Below are positions 10,506 through 19,406 of a stretch of DNA of 32,000 nucleotides, one piece after another. Under the pieces are notes generated by a model. It did no database searches. It saw only the letters and a list, made by a program, of their open reading frames with translations, and was not told where the DNA came from. A program made the position numbers and the translations under genes. The DNA is from Candidatus Methylomirabilis oxygeniifera (GTDB taxonomy: Bacteria > Methylomirabilota > Methylomirabilia > Methylomirabilales > Methylomirabilaceae). The stretch lies in assembly GCA_000091165.1 (NCBI GenBank), contig FP565575.1:180001-212000 (forward strand), read 5' to 3'. Numbering within the stretch: the first letter of the stretch is position 1; every line of letters starts with the position of its first letter.

Positions 10506-11717
10506 GTGAGTGGGTCAAACGCTATGTCCACTGATCGTTGCATCAGGGTTATACACCTCATTACTAAGTTGGACGGTGGGGCAGGTGCAAATACCTTGCT
10601 GACCGCGATTGGTCTCAAGCGACTTGGATTCGACGTGACCATGGGCGGTAGTCCTGGGGGGGAGTTGTACGCGGACGCTGAACGTGCTGGTATTCGTACG
10701 ATAGTGCTCCCGCATATGAGACCATCCGTCTCACCCCTTCACGATTGCATCATGCTGATACAACTGTTGAGGCTCTTCAGGCGAGAGCGGTTCACGATCG
10801 TACATACGCATAGTTCGAAAGCCGGCGTGTTAGGGCGCGTTGCGGCTGCCTGCGCGGGAGTTCCGATTATTATCCACAGTGTGCATGGATTTGCATTCCA
10901 TGATCTTACCCAATCAATATCCAAATGGCTCTGGGTTTGGATTGAACGTCTATGCGGCCGTTTGTGCAAGAAGATGCTGTTTGTATCACGGCTACTTGCC
11001 GAAGACGCGGTTGCTCGGCGTATCTGCAACATCGAGGATACGGAGGTAATTTACAGCGCCATCGATCTGGATGCAATCGCGGACGTTTCCTGCGAGGCAG
11101 CGGTCAAGGCGTGGTTCGGTATTCCTGCGGAGGATTCGGTCGTCGCGAGTGTGGGGCGCCTCGATAAAAAAAAGAATATCGTGGATCTGCTCGTTGCGGC
11201 CGAGGTGGTTCTCCGTGAGCACCCGGCCACCACCTTTCTTGTTGTGGGGGAAGGCCCTGAATATGACGCGCTTATCGAGCGAGCGCAAGCGCTTGGGATT
11301 TCGAAAAAGATTATTTTTTCCGGACACCGGACAGATCTGCCTCGGATCCTGGCAGGGATCGATATCTATGCTGTTCCTTCTCTCTACGAAGGGATGGGGC
11401 GGGCAATGACGGAGGCCATGGCTTCGGGGAAGCCGGTAGTAGCAAATGCGGTCGGAGGAATTCCAGAGCTGGTAATCGACGGAGAGACGGGCTTTCTCGT
11501 GGCGGCAAGACGGCCGGAAATGATGGCTGAGAAGATACTCTATCTCTTGTCGCACCCGGGTGAGGCGCGCGTCATGGGCGAGAACGCCAGGAAGATTGTC
11601 GGTCGGGAATTTCATCCTGAAATGATGGTTCGGCGGATTGCGGAGTGTTACGAGACGCTGCTCCGCGAAATTGGGGTCTCCATCACTTCCACTGGTAAAT
11701 GTTTGCGAAAGAGTTGA
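10506..11717 (+). CDS. Glycosyltransferase family 4 (GTG start; alternative ATG at 10524)
   Basis: IRVIHLITKLDGGAGANTL at the N-terminus. EGMGRAMTEAMASGKPVVANAVGGIPELVIDGETGFLV near the C-terminus. Confidence 0.9.
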   Translation: MSGSNAMSTDRCIRVIHLITKLDGGAGANTLLTAIGLKRLGFDVTMGGSPGGELYADAERAGIRTIVLPHMRPSVSPLHDCIMLIQLLRLFRRERFTIVHTHSSKAGVLGRVAAACAGVPIIIHSVHGFAFHDLTQSISKWLWVWIERLCGRLCKKMLFVSRLLAEDAVARRICNIEDTEVIYSAIDLDAIADVSCEAAVKAWFGIPAEDSVVASVGRLDKKKNIVDLLVAAEVVLREHPATTFLVVGEGPEYDALIERAQALGISKKIIFSGHRTDLPRILAGIDIYAVPSLYEGMGRAMTEAMASGKPVVANAVGGIPELVIDGETGFLVAARRPEMMAEKILYLLSHPGEARVMGENARKIVGREFHPEMMVRRIAECYETLLREIGVSITSTGKCLRKS

Positions 11718-11869
11718 CCTACGGACTGCGCGCAATGGGCGCAAGGTGACCCCCCTGTAAAATTGGTCTCTGGCCGGTATGGGGTCCGTCGGAGTGCCGT
11801 ATCGGCCGGCGGTTGACGTCGGATGTGAGAGGTGTGATCGGAGTCGGGGTGGGTGATGCAGGATGAGCA

Positions 11870-12688
11870 ATGAATCGGGAGACGTTGGAATATCAGAGAA
11901 ATGGCGCCGATGAAGATGTGCGCGGCATGGACTCCAGACCCGCCTACCTGCTGAGGAATAAGGAGATTGCGCGGAAGCTGAACGCATATTTCGATGGGAA
12001 GATGTTTGAGTGGGTTGTGGACTTCGGTTCGTACAAGGGAGCGCTGCTTGACGAGTTCCGATTTGCTCGTAAAAAAATTGCGATCGATACCAACGAGCAC
12101 TTCGTGGAGCATGTTCGTGTCCGGTATCCGCATATCAAGGCGATCGCGGGGACGCTTCCGGAAATACCGGCTGAGATCGTGGGATCCCGGTACGACTGCA
12201 TAACGGCCTTCCAGTGCCTGTACTATTTGGAGAAGACGGAGTTGGTTGAAACACTCGCCGGGTTCGACGGGATATTGGGTGAGAACGGCTACTTCTTAAC
12301 CGATACGCCGATCCGCCAGGCGGCCCCGTTCCGTCTGATCGACCGTGTCGAGATCAGACTTAATCGAATCGATACCGATCCCATTTATCAAATCTATGAG
12401 AAAATTGAAACGCTGGATAGGTGTTTTGAACGGGAAGAGGAGCGGGCGCGAGTGCTTGCCAAAAACCGGCGGGCGTACCGATGGATCATGGCGCTGAGTT
12501 GGCGGACAAGACCGCTTTCGCGAATCGCGGTAAAGATATTGAAGCTGATGCTGAGCGCCGTCTACCGCAGTCTGACGATACATGGTCTTCTCGGCTGGTT
12601 GGGGATGCGAAGCGATTGGGTGGACGTGTATCAGAAAGCAGATGTAGCGGCGGTCGGTGAGCGACCCTTCAGACTCTTACAAAACTAA
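11870..12688 (+). CDS. Putative class I methyltransferase-fold protein
   Basis: VVDFGSYKGALL (motif I-like), IAIDTN (post-I), YDCITAFQCLYYL (motif II-like) and GENGYFL (motif III-like). Assignment rests on motif order only. Confidence 0.5.
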   Translation: MNRETLEYQRNGADEDVRGMDSRPAYLLRNKEIARKLNAYFDGKMFEWVVDFGSYKGALLDEFRFARKKIAIDTNEHFVEHVRVRYPHIKAIAGTLPEIPAEIVGSRYDCITAFQCLYYLEKTELVETLAGFDGILGENGYFLTDTPIRQAAPFRLIDRVEIRLNRIDTDPIYQIYEKIETLDRCFEREEERARVLAKNRRAYRWIMALSWRTRPLSRIAVKILKLMLSAVYRSLTIHGLLGWLGMRSDWVDVYQKADVAAVGERPFRLLQN

Positions 12689-12873
12689 GAATGTCGACCG
12701 GGAGCGTTGGATTCTTCTCGTCGAATCCCCATCAAGTGTCGTTTGCAAAAAAGAACGGCAGGAAAGCAGTTGGCGACGCGCGACGCCGGGATGCCATGGT
12801 TTGAAGATTCGCGGCGTCTTACTAAAAGTATCTGGCCAAAAAGCGATGACGCGATCCGCTCTCTATTCACAGT

Positions 12874-13884
12874 TCAACCATCCTTTGTGAAGAGCTTTTT
12901 GCAACGCACAAGAACAGACTTGGCGACGGGGCGGGCGATGCGCAGTAATCGATCGCGGCGATCGATAATATGGAAGACGCTCTGGTCGCGTCGTAGTCGA
13001 TAGATAGGAGCGATATTACTGCTAAAGCCGGATTTGAACTCGTTGGCGCCGCCGAAGCTGAACGCGCGACAGCCTTGGGCGTAACTCCACTGTATTGTCT
13101 CCCACAGAAGCGCCTCGTTGGGGTGATAATGACGCATCCGTTCGAGGGAAACGTTTTCCGAATATTCGGCCAGCCCGCCACGAACGAAACGGATAATTGT
13201 TGCAGCGATCACGCGACCCTCGGCTCTGGCAATAAAGAGCTTTCGGTTGCAGTCGAGTTTGAGAAGTGCCTCCAGCTCAGTTCGTGTTCTCAGTGGAAGT
13301 CGATGTCTGCGGTGAGTTTCATTGAAGACATCGAGTAATTCGTCAATGTCCTGGATGTCGTAACTATCCTTAATGTCCACTCCCTTACGCTTTACTTGGT
13401 GAATGTACGTTCGCTTGCGGGCCGATATTCCCTGAAATAGATTTTCAGCGGATCCAGAGAGGTACAACAAGAACGTTCCTGCTGTTTCAGTCGTTTCAAA
13501 ACCGGCTGCCGAGAAACCCTCAAGCGGTTCCCAGGCGTACACAGTAATGAGCCTGCACGATCTACCTTCCTGAAGCAATCCCTGGATAAGCGCTTTTTCC
13601 GCAGGTAGACGTCCATCGCCTTTGGCGAGGACGAGTTGAGGGCGATGTGGCATCCCGGATATGAGGTTTCTTCCGAGATATCGTCCGGTGAGGATACCCG
13701 TTATCGCTCCGGCCGACTCTGCTACAAGGACAAATGGTCGAGCAGATTGTATTGATGGTTCGAGGAAGTACTCAGGGGTGACATAGTGTGAGGGTAAATC
13801 GATCGCTTCGAGAAATCGCCGCCAGGCACGTTCTATTTCTGGCGGTGGGAACTGGCGAAGGATGCGGTATGAAGCCTGCTGCAT
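12874..13884 (-). CDS. FemAB-family / GNAT (Acetyltransf_6-like) acyl- or aminoacyl-transferase of the kind found in EPS/PEP-CTERM loci
   Basis: AGGAG lies 11 nt upstream of the ATG. The C-terminal block LAEYSENVSLERMRHYHPNEALLWETIQWSYAQGCRAFSFGGAN resembles the FemAB/BcsL-like fold. Confidence 0.7.
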   Translation of the reverse strand: MQQASYRILRQFPPPEIERAWRRFLEAIDLPSHYVTPEYFLEPSIQSARPFVLVAESAGAITGILTGRYLGRNLISGMPHRPQLVLAKGDGRLPAEKALIQGLLQEGRSCRLITVYAWEPLEGFSAAGFETTETAGTFLLYLSGSAENLFQGISARKRTYIHQVKRKGVDIKDSYDIQDIDELLDVFNETHRRHRLPLRTRTELEALLKLDCNRKLFIARAEGRVIAATIIRFVRGGLAEYSENVSLERMRHYHPNEALLWETIQWSYAQGCRAFSFGGANEFKSGFSSNIAPIYRLRRDQSVFHIIDRRDRLLRIARPVAKSVLVRCKKLFTKDG

Positions 13885-14099
13885 CTACGAATGGCTCCTT
13901 CCCTCTCTTCCCTGCAATGGTGAGGAATGTGACGCGAAGTCGCTCGCATGATTCTTTAATGCACCATATGACACGCTCCGCAAGACGTAACATTACCAAA
14001 TTACCCTCGTCCCAACAAGTGACGCCTACCCACCTCTCGACCGATCGTAGTGTATGCCTGGAAAGAGACCAAGGGTCAAGTCAACTGTATCACTCGAAG

Positions 14100-16130
14100 T
14101 TATAGCTCTCCAAGGCGGCGACCAAGTTCCAAGCGTGCTTGAGCAATCGGCGTAGAGTCTTTCGTCCAATCCGTGAACGTAGTACCGACCCTCTGGGCGA
14201 TCGCTTGGGCGGAGGCGGGATCTGTGACTGCGAGTTGGGTCAGGTAGTCGTAGTCGTCTACGGCATCACGGAAGGTTTTCAACCTTAGAGACGCGATGGG
14301 ACCCTCGTATCCGACCTTTGTTCCTGGGTAGAAGAAGGCACCATCTCCGTTGAAGATATCCCCAGAAAGGGTATAGGTCGCCGGGTTCGTCCATGGATCA
14401 GTTACTTGATCCCAGTACACGGTATTCCATTTGAGTAGACCGGTGATCCCGTACTGGAAGCCGATCCAGGCAGGTACCCTGATCTCGTAGATGGGTCGGT
14501 CGAGCAGGTCTCCCGGTGTTCCGTTATCGCCCCAGGCCCCGTACATCCATGACTGTTCGCCAACGGCGCGTCGCTCTGCCCATGTGACCGGATCGAAGCG
14601 GGAAAAATACGGTGTCCAGATGTCTACGCTGCCGTAAAGCGTTCCCCACGTCGGATCCCATGGTCTGGTTTGTTCGGTGATCAGCATTTTTGCTCGCGGA
14701 TCAAGTCCATGCCAGTTGGTTGCCTCGTCACGTACGGCCTGATATCCGGAAGCCTCTTCAGGTTCGTCGATCCCGTCATGGTAGGCTAGGGTAAGCCAGT
14801 CATTGGCACCCAGCCAGTCAAGAATACCCGAAAGGTAACGCTGGGCCTTATCTCGATCTGCCCCGAATGGGTCGGCCCACGGCCAGTCGTCGAACAGAGG
14901 AAGGTCGTAGCTCGTGAGGCCCAAACTGATGAAGTGAGCCATGCGCGCCTGAACGTTCGACGAGTCGATCGTCCCTGTGGCGGCATTATAGGACGGCTCG
15001 GTGCCGCTTGGCCGGGCCGGGGAGAGGCGGTGGCGGAGCAGTTCATGATCGAATTTGTCCATTAGCGTGTTGTGGATATCCGTATATCGGCTCGTTCCGA
15101 ATGCTGCGGCAAACTGCTGCGAGCGGAAATGGCCGAAGTTAGTTCGTAGTGCAGGTGTGGTCGGAAGGCTAAAATTCCAAACTGTCAGCGAGATGGGGAT
15201 CGGTATGGACGCCCCGCCGGATACGCTCACCTGAATGCCGCCGGTGTAGGTCCCCGCCGGCGTGCCGGCCGGTACGTAGACCTCGACATAAATCGGCACA
15301 TTCCGGCCTGCATCTACAGTGAACGGCTGGCCAAGATTCGCTCCCGTTTCCGGATGCTTGAAGGGGATCAGGGGATCAGGCCACCAGCCTGTGGGGTACG
15401 GTGAGGCAGGGCTGGACGTTGTGACCAAAATATATGCCTCGCGGTAGAGGGTGATATTACTCGAAGCGATTACGCCGGTAGGTCCGGTAAGATCAGATGC
15501 GGTGGCCGTGACGTTGCTGAGAGCAGTGTCAGATGGGGCTTTAACGATAACTTGGAAGCCCTCGTACTCATTACGCGCGGCCTTAATGGTGGCCTCGGTG
15601 CTGATTCCGGCGGGGTCGGTGGGTTGGATGCGGGCGAGGGAGTCGGTGACCCACGCTGTTATTTGTGCGGCCGTCGGAGTTGATATTGGCGCCTGAACCG
15701 CTATGCCGCCGGAGGCGCGGGTATTGTTGCTTTCGTTGCTCTCGCTGACGACCTTGGTCGAATCGGCGACCGCCACTACGTAAAATGTGCCGCTTGCGGT
15801 TGAGGCGGGAACAGTAAATGAATTGCTGAGGGCCACGCTGGCTCCGGCGGCGAGACCGGATACGTTCTGGGTGCCGAGGAGAGTCGCGCCGATGGTATTC
15901 GAGGGGTCCGCAGAGAGATACGCCGCAACGTTGAAGGCCTTGGAACTTGCCCTGCCTTGATTCTTAATGGTGCCGGACACGACGATAATGGTGTTGGGAG
16001 AGGTTGAAGATGGGGCGCTGACGGCGGCAACGATCAGATCAGGCCTGGCCTTGGCGGCTTCGGCGTGATTTCCAACGATCCCCGTGAAGCTCAGCGTGAG
16101 AGCCAAGGCGACAGCAACTGTAGTTTTCAT
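14100..16130 (-). CDS. Secreted CARDB-domain + DUF4091 / GH123-like putative glycan hydrolase
   Basis: I moved the start to the internal ATG at 16130 (AGGAG 8 nt upstream), which gives the signal peptide MKTTVAVALALTLSFTGIVGNHAEA-A. CARDB: PDLIVAAVS...TIKNQG...FYVVAVADSTKVVSESNESNN. DUF4091-like: AARNEYEGFQVIV, WWPDPLIP, VYVPAGTPAGTYTGGIQVSV...LTVWNFSLP, HDGIDEPEE. Confidence 0.8.
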   Translation of the reverse strand: MKTTVAVALALTLSFTGIVGNHAEAAKARPDLIVAAVSAPSSTSPNTIIVVSGTIKNQGRASSKAFNVAAYLSADPSNTIGATLLGTQNVSGLAAGASVALSNSFTVPASTASGTFYVVAVADSTKVVSESNESNNTRASGGIAVQAPISTPTAAQITAWVTDSLARIQPTDPAGISTEATIKAARNEYEGFQVIVKAPSDTALSNVTATASDLTGPTGVIASSNITLYREAYILVTTSSPASPYPTGWWPDPLIPFKHPETGANLGQPFTVDAGRNVPIYVEVYVPAGTPAGTYTGGIQVSVSGGASIPIPISLTVWNFSLPTTPALRTNFGHFRSQQFAAAFGTSRYTDIHNTLMDKFDHELLRHRLSPARPSGTEPSYNAATGTIDSSNVQARMAHFISLGLTSYDLPLFDDWPWADPFGADRDKAQRYLSGILDWLGANDWLTLAYHDGIDEPEEASGYQAVRDEATNWHGLDPRAKMLITEQTRPWDPTWGTLYGSVDIWTPYFSRFDPVTWAERRAVGEQSWMYGAWGDNGTPGDLLDRPIYEIRVPAWIGFQYGITGLLKWNTVYWDQVTDPWTNPATYTLSGDIFNGDGAFFYPGTKVGYEGPIASLRLKTFRDAVDDYDYLTQLAVTDPASAQAIAQRVGTTFTDWTKDSTPIAQARLELGRRLGEL

Positions 16131-16566
16131 GAACACCGCTCCTTGTCGGAAGGTCGCTTTCCGAGAGGAGCGGTGGGTGGTGCCGCCCTTCCTTTCTTCG
16201 GTAACCCCGCTGTCAGCCCGTTTGCTGACCGGTGGCTTTGCGTCCCAGCCTCGCGACTGGTTTGCCTTTATCGGAAAGGAACCTTCTACGCCACTAAAAC
16301 AGTGCGAGATTCGTGCCAGCACGTGTCTGAAGATCCATTTAGCGCACTCATTTGTGTGCCCAGCAATTTCAATACGTTAGGAAACAACCGCAGAACGCTG
16401 GAGTCTGACTGGCCGATCTCACGCCTCTTTAAGGACGACGGAGTAGCTTTCCGGTGAAAAAAAGTGTCACCGAGGTGACAAGAGGTGTCGGCGGTGCTGA
16501 GGGGCGCCAGTGGATGACTACGCAAGTGCTGTACCAGGGTTGTTCGAGGGCCGGGCGTCCAACTGG

Positions 16567-16753
16567 GGATGGCGACAGAGGCTTTTGTGTCAATGAGTTG
16601 TGAGATGAAGGCTGGACTGAACAGGACTGAGGGATCGGCTGATGCGCCGACGTACGGGAAGGAACTACATTGCTCGGGCGAACAAATTACTCGTAAAAAC
16701 CCCCGTTCACCGTTGACATGCTCAGAACGAACGGGAAGGGCATTGAAAAGAGT
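16567..16753 (+). repeat. Copy 1 of a ~190-bp direct repeat flanking the TA module
   Basis: Aligns with 17743-17941 at roughly 80% identity by eye. Shared core is GGGATCGGC(T/C)GATGCGCCGACGTACG(G/A)GAAGGAACTACAT, followed by the distal hairpin CCCGTTCAC..GAACGGG and ATTGAAAAGAGT. Confidence 0.8.
16695..16735 (-). terminator. Possible intrinsic terminator of the TA operon, formed by the hairpin in repeat copy 1
   Basis: Read on the minus strand: CCCGTTC...GAACGGG stem (7 bp, large loop) followed by GGTTTTTAC. It lies about 60 nt downstream of the PIN stop codon. Confidence 0.3.
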
Positions 16754-16793
16754 AACGGCAGTGGTTCCGGTGCAGCCTTACTCAGAGATAAGG

Positions 16794-17192
16794 TTAATTC
16801 AGGAGATCCAGGAAGTCGGCAAGCTTGACAATGCGGATGTCCCCATAGCGTGTAAGCGAAAGGAGGCGCCGGTCACCCGAGACAATGATATCGGCCTCGG
16901 CGAGGAGGGCACATTCGAGGATCCGGTTATCCGGCTCATCGTAAAGAATGTGTAGATGAGGCTGAGTCCTCATGACCGCGGCCGCCTTGCTGATAGATTC
17001 AAGGAGACGCTCGACCTTCTCATCCGACCATTCGAATTTGGTTCGGAGGATATTGGCGGTTTCGGTGAGGATGGCGAGGGAAGTGAATAACTCGAATGTT
17101 CTTCGCACGACGTGGAGGTATGCCTCTTCCGCATTGCCCCCAGGAATGACAAAGGCCGAGATGAAGATATTCGTATCGAAGACGACCCGCAC
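16794..17192 (-). CDS. PIN-domain toxin (type II TA, PIN_3 / TIGR00305-like)
   Basis: GTG start. MRVVFDTNIFISAF (first acidic PIN residue), then EPDNRILECALLAEADIIVSGDRRLL. The start lies 2 nt after the antitoxin stop. Confidence 0.9.
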   Translation of the reverse strand: MRVVFDTNIFISAFVIPGGNAEEAYLHVVRRTFELFTSLAILTETANILRTKFEWSDEKVERLLESISKAAAVMRTQPHLHILYDEPDNRILECALLAEADIIVSGDRRLLSLTRYGDIRIVKLADFLDLLN

Positions 17193-17194
17193 GT

Positions 17195-17440
17195 TCAGCG
17201 GTCCTGGAAGACCAGGGCTTCGACGTCGGCTTCAGTGAGGACTCCTTTCTTCCTGGCCTGCCTGGCGCCGTACCGCTGAAGCTCAAAGAACTCTAACTCC
17301 GAACGGCGTTGTTGATAGGCCTGGAACATGTCGCGGAAAAGCTGGCTTTTGTTTTTGGCCTCGGCTTTGGCTAGCCTGTCGAATTTTCGGGCAAGATCAG
17401 GGGGCATGGAAACTGTCAAGGCTACGCGTTTGTGGTCCAT
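17195..17440 (-). CDS. Ribbon-helix-helix (CopG/Arc-like) antitoxin
   Basis: I moved the start to the internal ATG at 17440, preceded by GAGGAGGG. KRVALTVSMPPDLARKFDRLAKAEAKNKSQLFRDMF is a typical RHH beta-strand plus two helices. 81 aa. Confidence 0.85.
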   Translation of the reverse strand: MDHKRVALTVSMPPDLARKFDRLAKAEAKNKSQLFRDMFQAYQQRRSELEFFELQRYGARQARKKGVLTEADVEALVFQDR

Positions 17441-17468
17441 ATCACCGCCCTCCTCTGTGTATAAATAA

Positions 17469-17497
17469 ATCATACAGCACATCGATCTGACTGTCAA
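17469..17497 (-). promoter_or_regulatory. Near-consensus sigma70 promoter for the RHH-PIN operon
   Basis: On the minus strand: TTGACA (17497-17492), a 17-nt spacer, then TATGAT (17474-17469), about 30 nt upstream of the antitoxin ATG. The spacer contains an ATCGAT palindrome that could be the operator. Confidence 0.5.
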
Positions 17498-17742
17498 TGC
17501 CTGCCGGCTTCAGTGTAGGACTCGGGTATTGGGTGTGTAGCCCTGGAGATGCCGAGGCGCGTGGATGCGGGCGTGCTTAGGCCGACCCGCCATGTCAAGC
17601 TTCCGGTTTGTAAGTCGTAGCAGATCCTGGGCCGGCAAGGGTGGCCCAAGTGTCAGCCCCCGGACCGTTCAGCATCGACGACCCTGTCCGCGATCGCGTC
17701 CCACTGGGATCGGAGATATCAGAGGATCAGTCGTCTAGCGAA

Positions 17743-17941
17743 GGATGGTCGCGGAGGCTTTCATATCAGCGAGTTCTGAGAATAAGGCTGAGTTGAACAA
17801 CAGGGAGGGATCGGCCGATGCGCCGACGTACGAGAAGGAACTACATCACCCTGGCGGAAAAACTACCCGTAGAACCTGTCCCGTAAACCCCGTTCACCCT
17901 TCGACATGCTCAGGGCGAACGGGAGGGGTATTGAAAAGAGT
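17743..17941 (+). repeat. Copy 2 of the ~190-bp direct repeat
   Basis: Same orientation as copy 1, with a 12-nt insertion relative to it. Better hairpin: CCCGTTCACCC-13 nt-GGGCGAACGGG. Ends 38 nt before the ATPase ORF. Confidence 0.8.
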
Positions 17942-17978
17942 GTGTAAATCAGACTTATAACTTGCTTTTTGCACAAAC

Positions 17979-19190
17979 GTGGAGCATCATCTCACCATGA
18001 TCGCTCGAGACATCTCAGAAGAACTTGTCCGATCCGCCGCGGAGTATCCTGTAGTAACCATCCTGGGTCCTCGCCAATCAGGCAAGACCACGCTGGCCCG
18101 GATGACGTTTCCGGACACACCGTACTTTTCCCTGGAAGACCCGGATGTCCGGATCGCAGCCGAGGCCGATCCGCGAGGGTTCCTCAGCCAGATGGAGGGC
18201 GGCGGCATCCTGGATGAGGTGCAGCGTGTCCCGGCGCTCCTGTCCTATGTCCAGGGAATAGTCGATAAGACCAAACAGCGTGGCCGGTTTATCCTGACCG
18301 GCAGTCATCAGCCGCAACTGCATGAGGCAATCAGTCAGTCGCTGGCAGGCCGAACTGCCGTGCTAACCCTGTGGCCGTTCTCGCTTCACGAGCTCGGTCG
18401 TTACAAGTCCGCGCGGGACCCCTTCGGCCTGATCGTACGCGGATGCTTTCCGCGGCTTCACGAAGAGGGTCTCGAGCCGCGTAGGTTCTTCAACGGCTAC
18501 CTGCAGACCTACGTCGAGCGCGATGTGCGCGCATTGATTCAGTTGCGCGACCTGTCGCCGTTTCAGCGGTTCCTCACGTTGTTGGCGGGCCGGGTGGGAC
18601 AGGTCGTCAATCTTGCTTCGCTCTCCAACGATGTCGGCGTATCGACCACGACCATCAGGAATTGGCTCTCCGTTCTGAAAGCGTCGTATGTCGTATTCGA
18701 ATTACCACCGTTCTTCGAGAACATCCGAAAGCGTGTGATCAAATCCCCTAAAATATTTTTTACAGATGTGGGTCTCGCAACCTTTCTGCTGGGTATCCAT
18801 ACCGAACAACAGGCATTTCGCGATCCCTTGCGCGGAAGCCTCTATGAGAACCTCATCATTGCGGACATTGTGAAGGGCGCTCTCAACAAAGGGATCAGGC
18901 CGGAGATCTATTTTTTCCGCGACTCTCACGGGAACGAGGTTGACTTGCTCATCCGAGAAAAAGGCGTGATGACGCCGGTCGAGATCAAGTCCGCCGGGAC
19001 GTTTTCCGTGGATTTCGTCAAAGGGGTCGAGCGTTTTCGAGCGCTGGGCATGACGGGTGTGTCCGCAGGCGCGGTCCTCTATAACGGCGAGCAGGAGTTC
19101 AATGTCCGAGGCGTCCGCATTTTCAATCCGCTTCTTGTTGACAATATCTGGGAGACCTTGACCGCGCCTCCGAGACAGGCAGAATCCTGA
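17979..19190 (+). CDS. AAA-family ATPase with C-terminal DUF4143 (COG1373-type ATP-binding protein)
   Basis: Walker A ILGPRQSGKTTLA, Walker B-like GILDEVQ, then the usual DUF4143 layout. The start is either GTG at 17979 or ATG at 17997. Confidence 0.85.
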   Translation: MEHHLTMIARDISEELVRSAAEYPVVTILGPRQSGKTTLARMTFPDTPYFSLEDPDVRIAAEADPRGFLSQMEGGGILDEVQRVPALLSYVQGIVDKTKQRGRFILTGSHQPQLHEAISQSLAGRTAVLTLWPFSLHELGRYKSARDPFGLIVRGCFPRLHEEGLEPRRFFNGYLQTYVERDVRALIQLRDLSPFQRFLTLLAGRVGQVVNLASLSNDVGVSTTTIRNWLSVLKASYVVFELPPFFENIRKRVIKSPKIFFTDVGLATFLLGIHTEQQAFRDPLRGSLYENLIIADIVKGALNKGIRPEIYFFRDSHGNEVDLLIREKGVMTPVEIKSAGTFSVDFVKGVERFRALGMTGVSAGAVLYNGEQEFNVRGVRIFNPLLVDNIWETLTAPPRQAES

Positions 19191-19406
19191 CTCAGAGCGA
19201 ACGGCCGGTGCGGATGCACTCTGACTCGTGCGGTGGAGCGCCAGAGACCACACGCTGGTGTCCGCCAGCGCCTTCATCGGTGCGCGCGCTGCTTTTTGTA
19301 ATCGTATGCGGGATCGTAGTCGATCGTCCCGAATAGCGAGCCGATCTTGTCCTGCTTCAGGGCGGGGTTACGAGGTGGGCAGCGCAACGCCCGCGATAGT
19401 TCCGGC

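Noticed and set aside
10992-11987. Long antisense ORFs: 10992-11987 (331 aa), and also 7456-8316, 25133-25816, 25970-26548, 28178-28735 and 29066-29803
   Set aside because: Each lies opposite an ORF with clear domain motifs (GT4, DUF4091-like, BNR, TPR, GT2). They are Arg/Ser/Pro-rich with no motifs, which is the usual shadow-ORF pattern in GC-rich DNA.
14100-16322. N-terminal extensions in the ORF track for 14100-16322, 17195-17497, 20900-21649, 21684-22889 and 22737-24662
   Set aside because: In each case an internal ATG has a good Shine-Dalgarno sequence and yields a canonical signal peptide or the normal family N-terminus. The extensions are Arg-rich, motif-free and overlap neighbouring genes or promoters.
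16463-16482. GTGTCACC-GA-GGTGACA palindrome about 330 bp upstream of the CARDB gene
   Set aside because: It is a single 7-bp half-site palindrome, far from the start codon, with no second copy in the window. Chance occurrence is plausible, and the 2-nt spacer is too short for an RNA hairpin.
16569-16955. ORFs starting at the first ATG of each 190-bp repeat copy (16569-16955 and 17745-17960), whose translations are about 60% identical
   Set aside because: No properly spaced RBS. The substitutions between the copies are mostly non-synonymous and scattered. ORF 1 runs on antisense into the PIN gene. The shared frame is more simply explained by repeat identity, so I treat these as non-coding.
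16794-17440. TA module as an integron gene cassette
   Set aside because: No intI, attI or attC-like imperfect inverted repeats are present. The flanking elements are 190-bp direct repeats, not attC sites.
17810-17850. Group II intron domain V-like string (CGATGCGCCGACGTACG) in the 190-bp repeat
   Set aside because: The flanking bases cannot form the 34-nt domain V helix. There is no AGC triad in the right place and no paired 5' arm. No reverse transcriptase or other intron domains are nearby.
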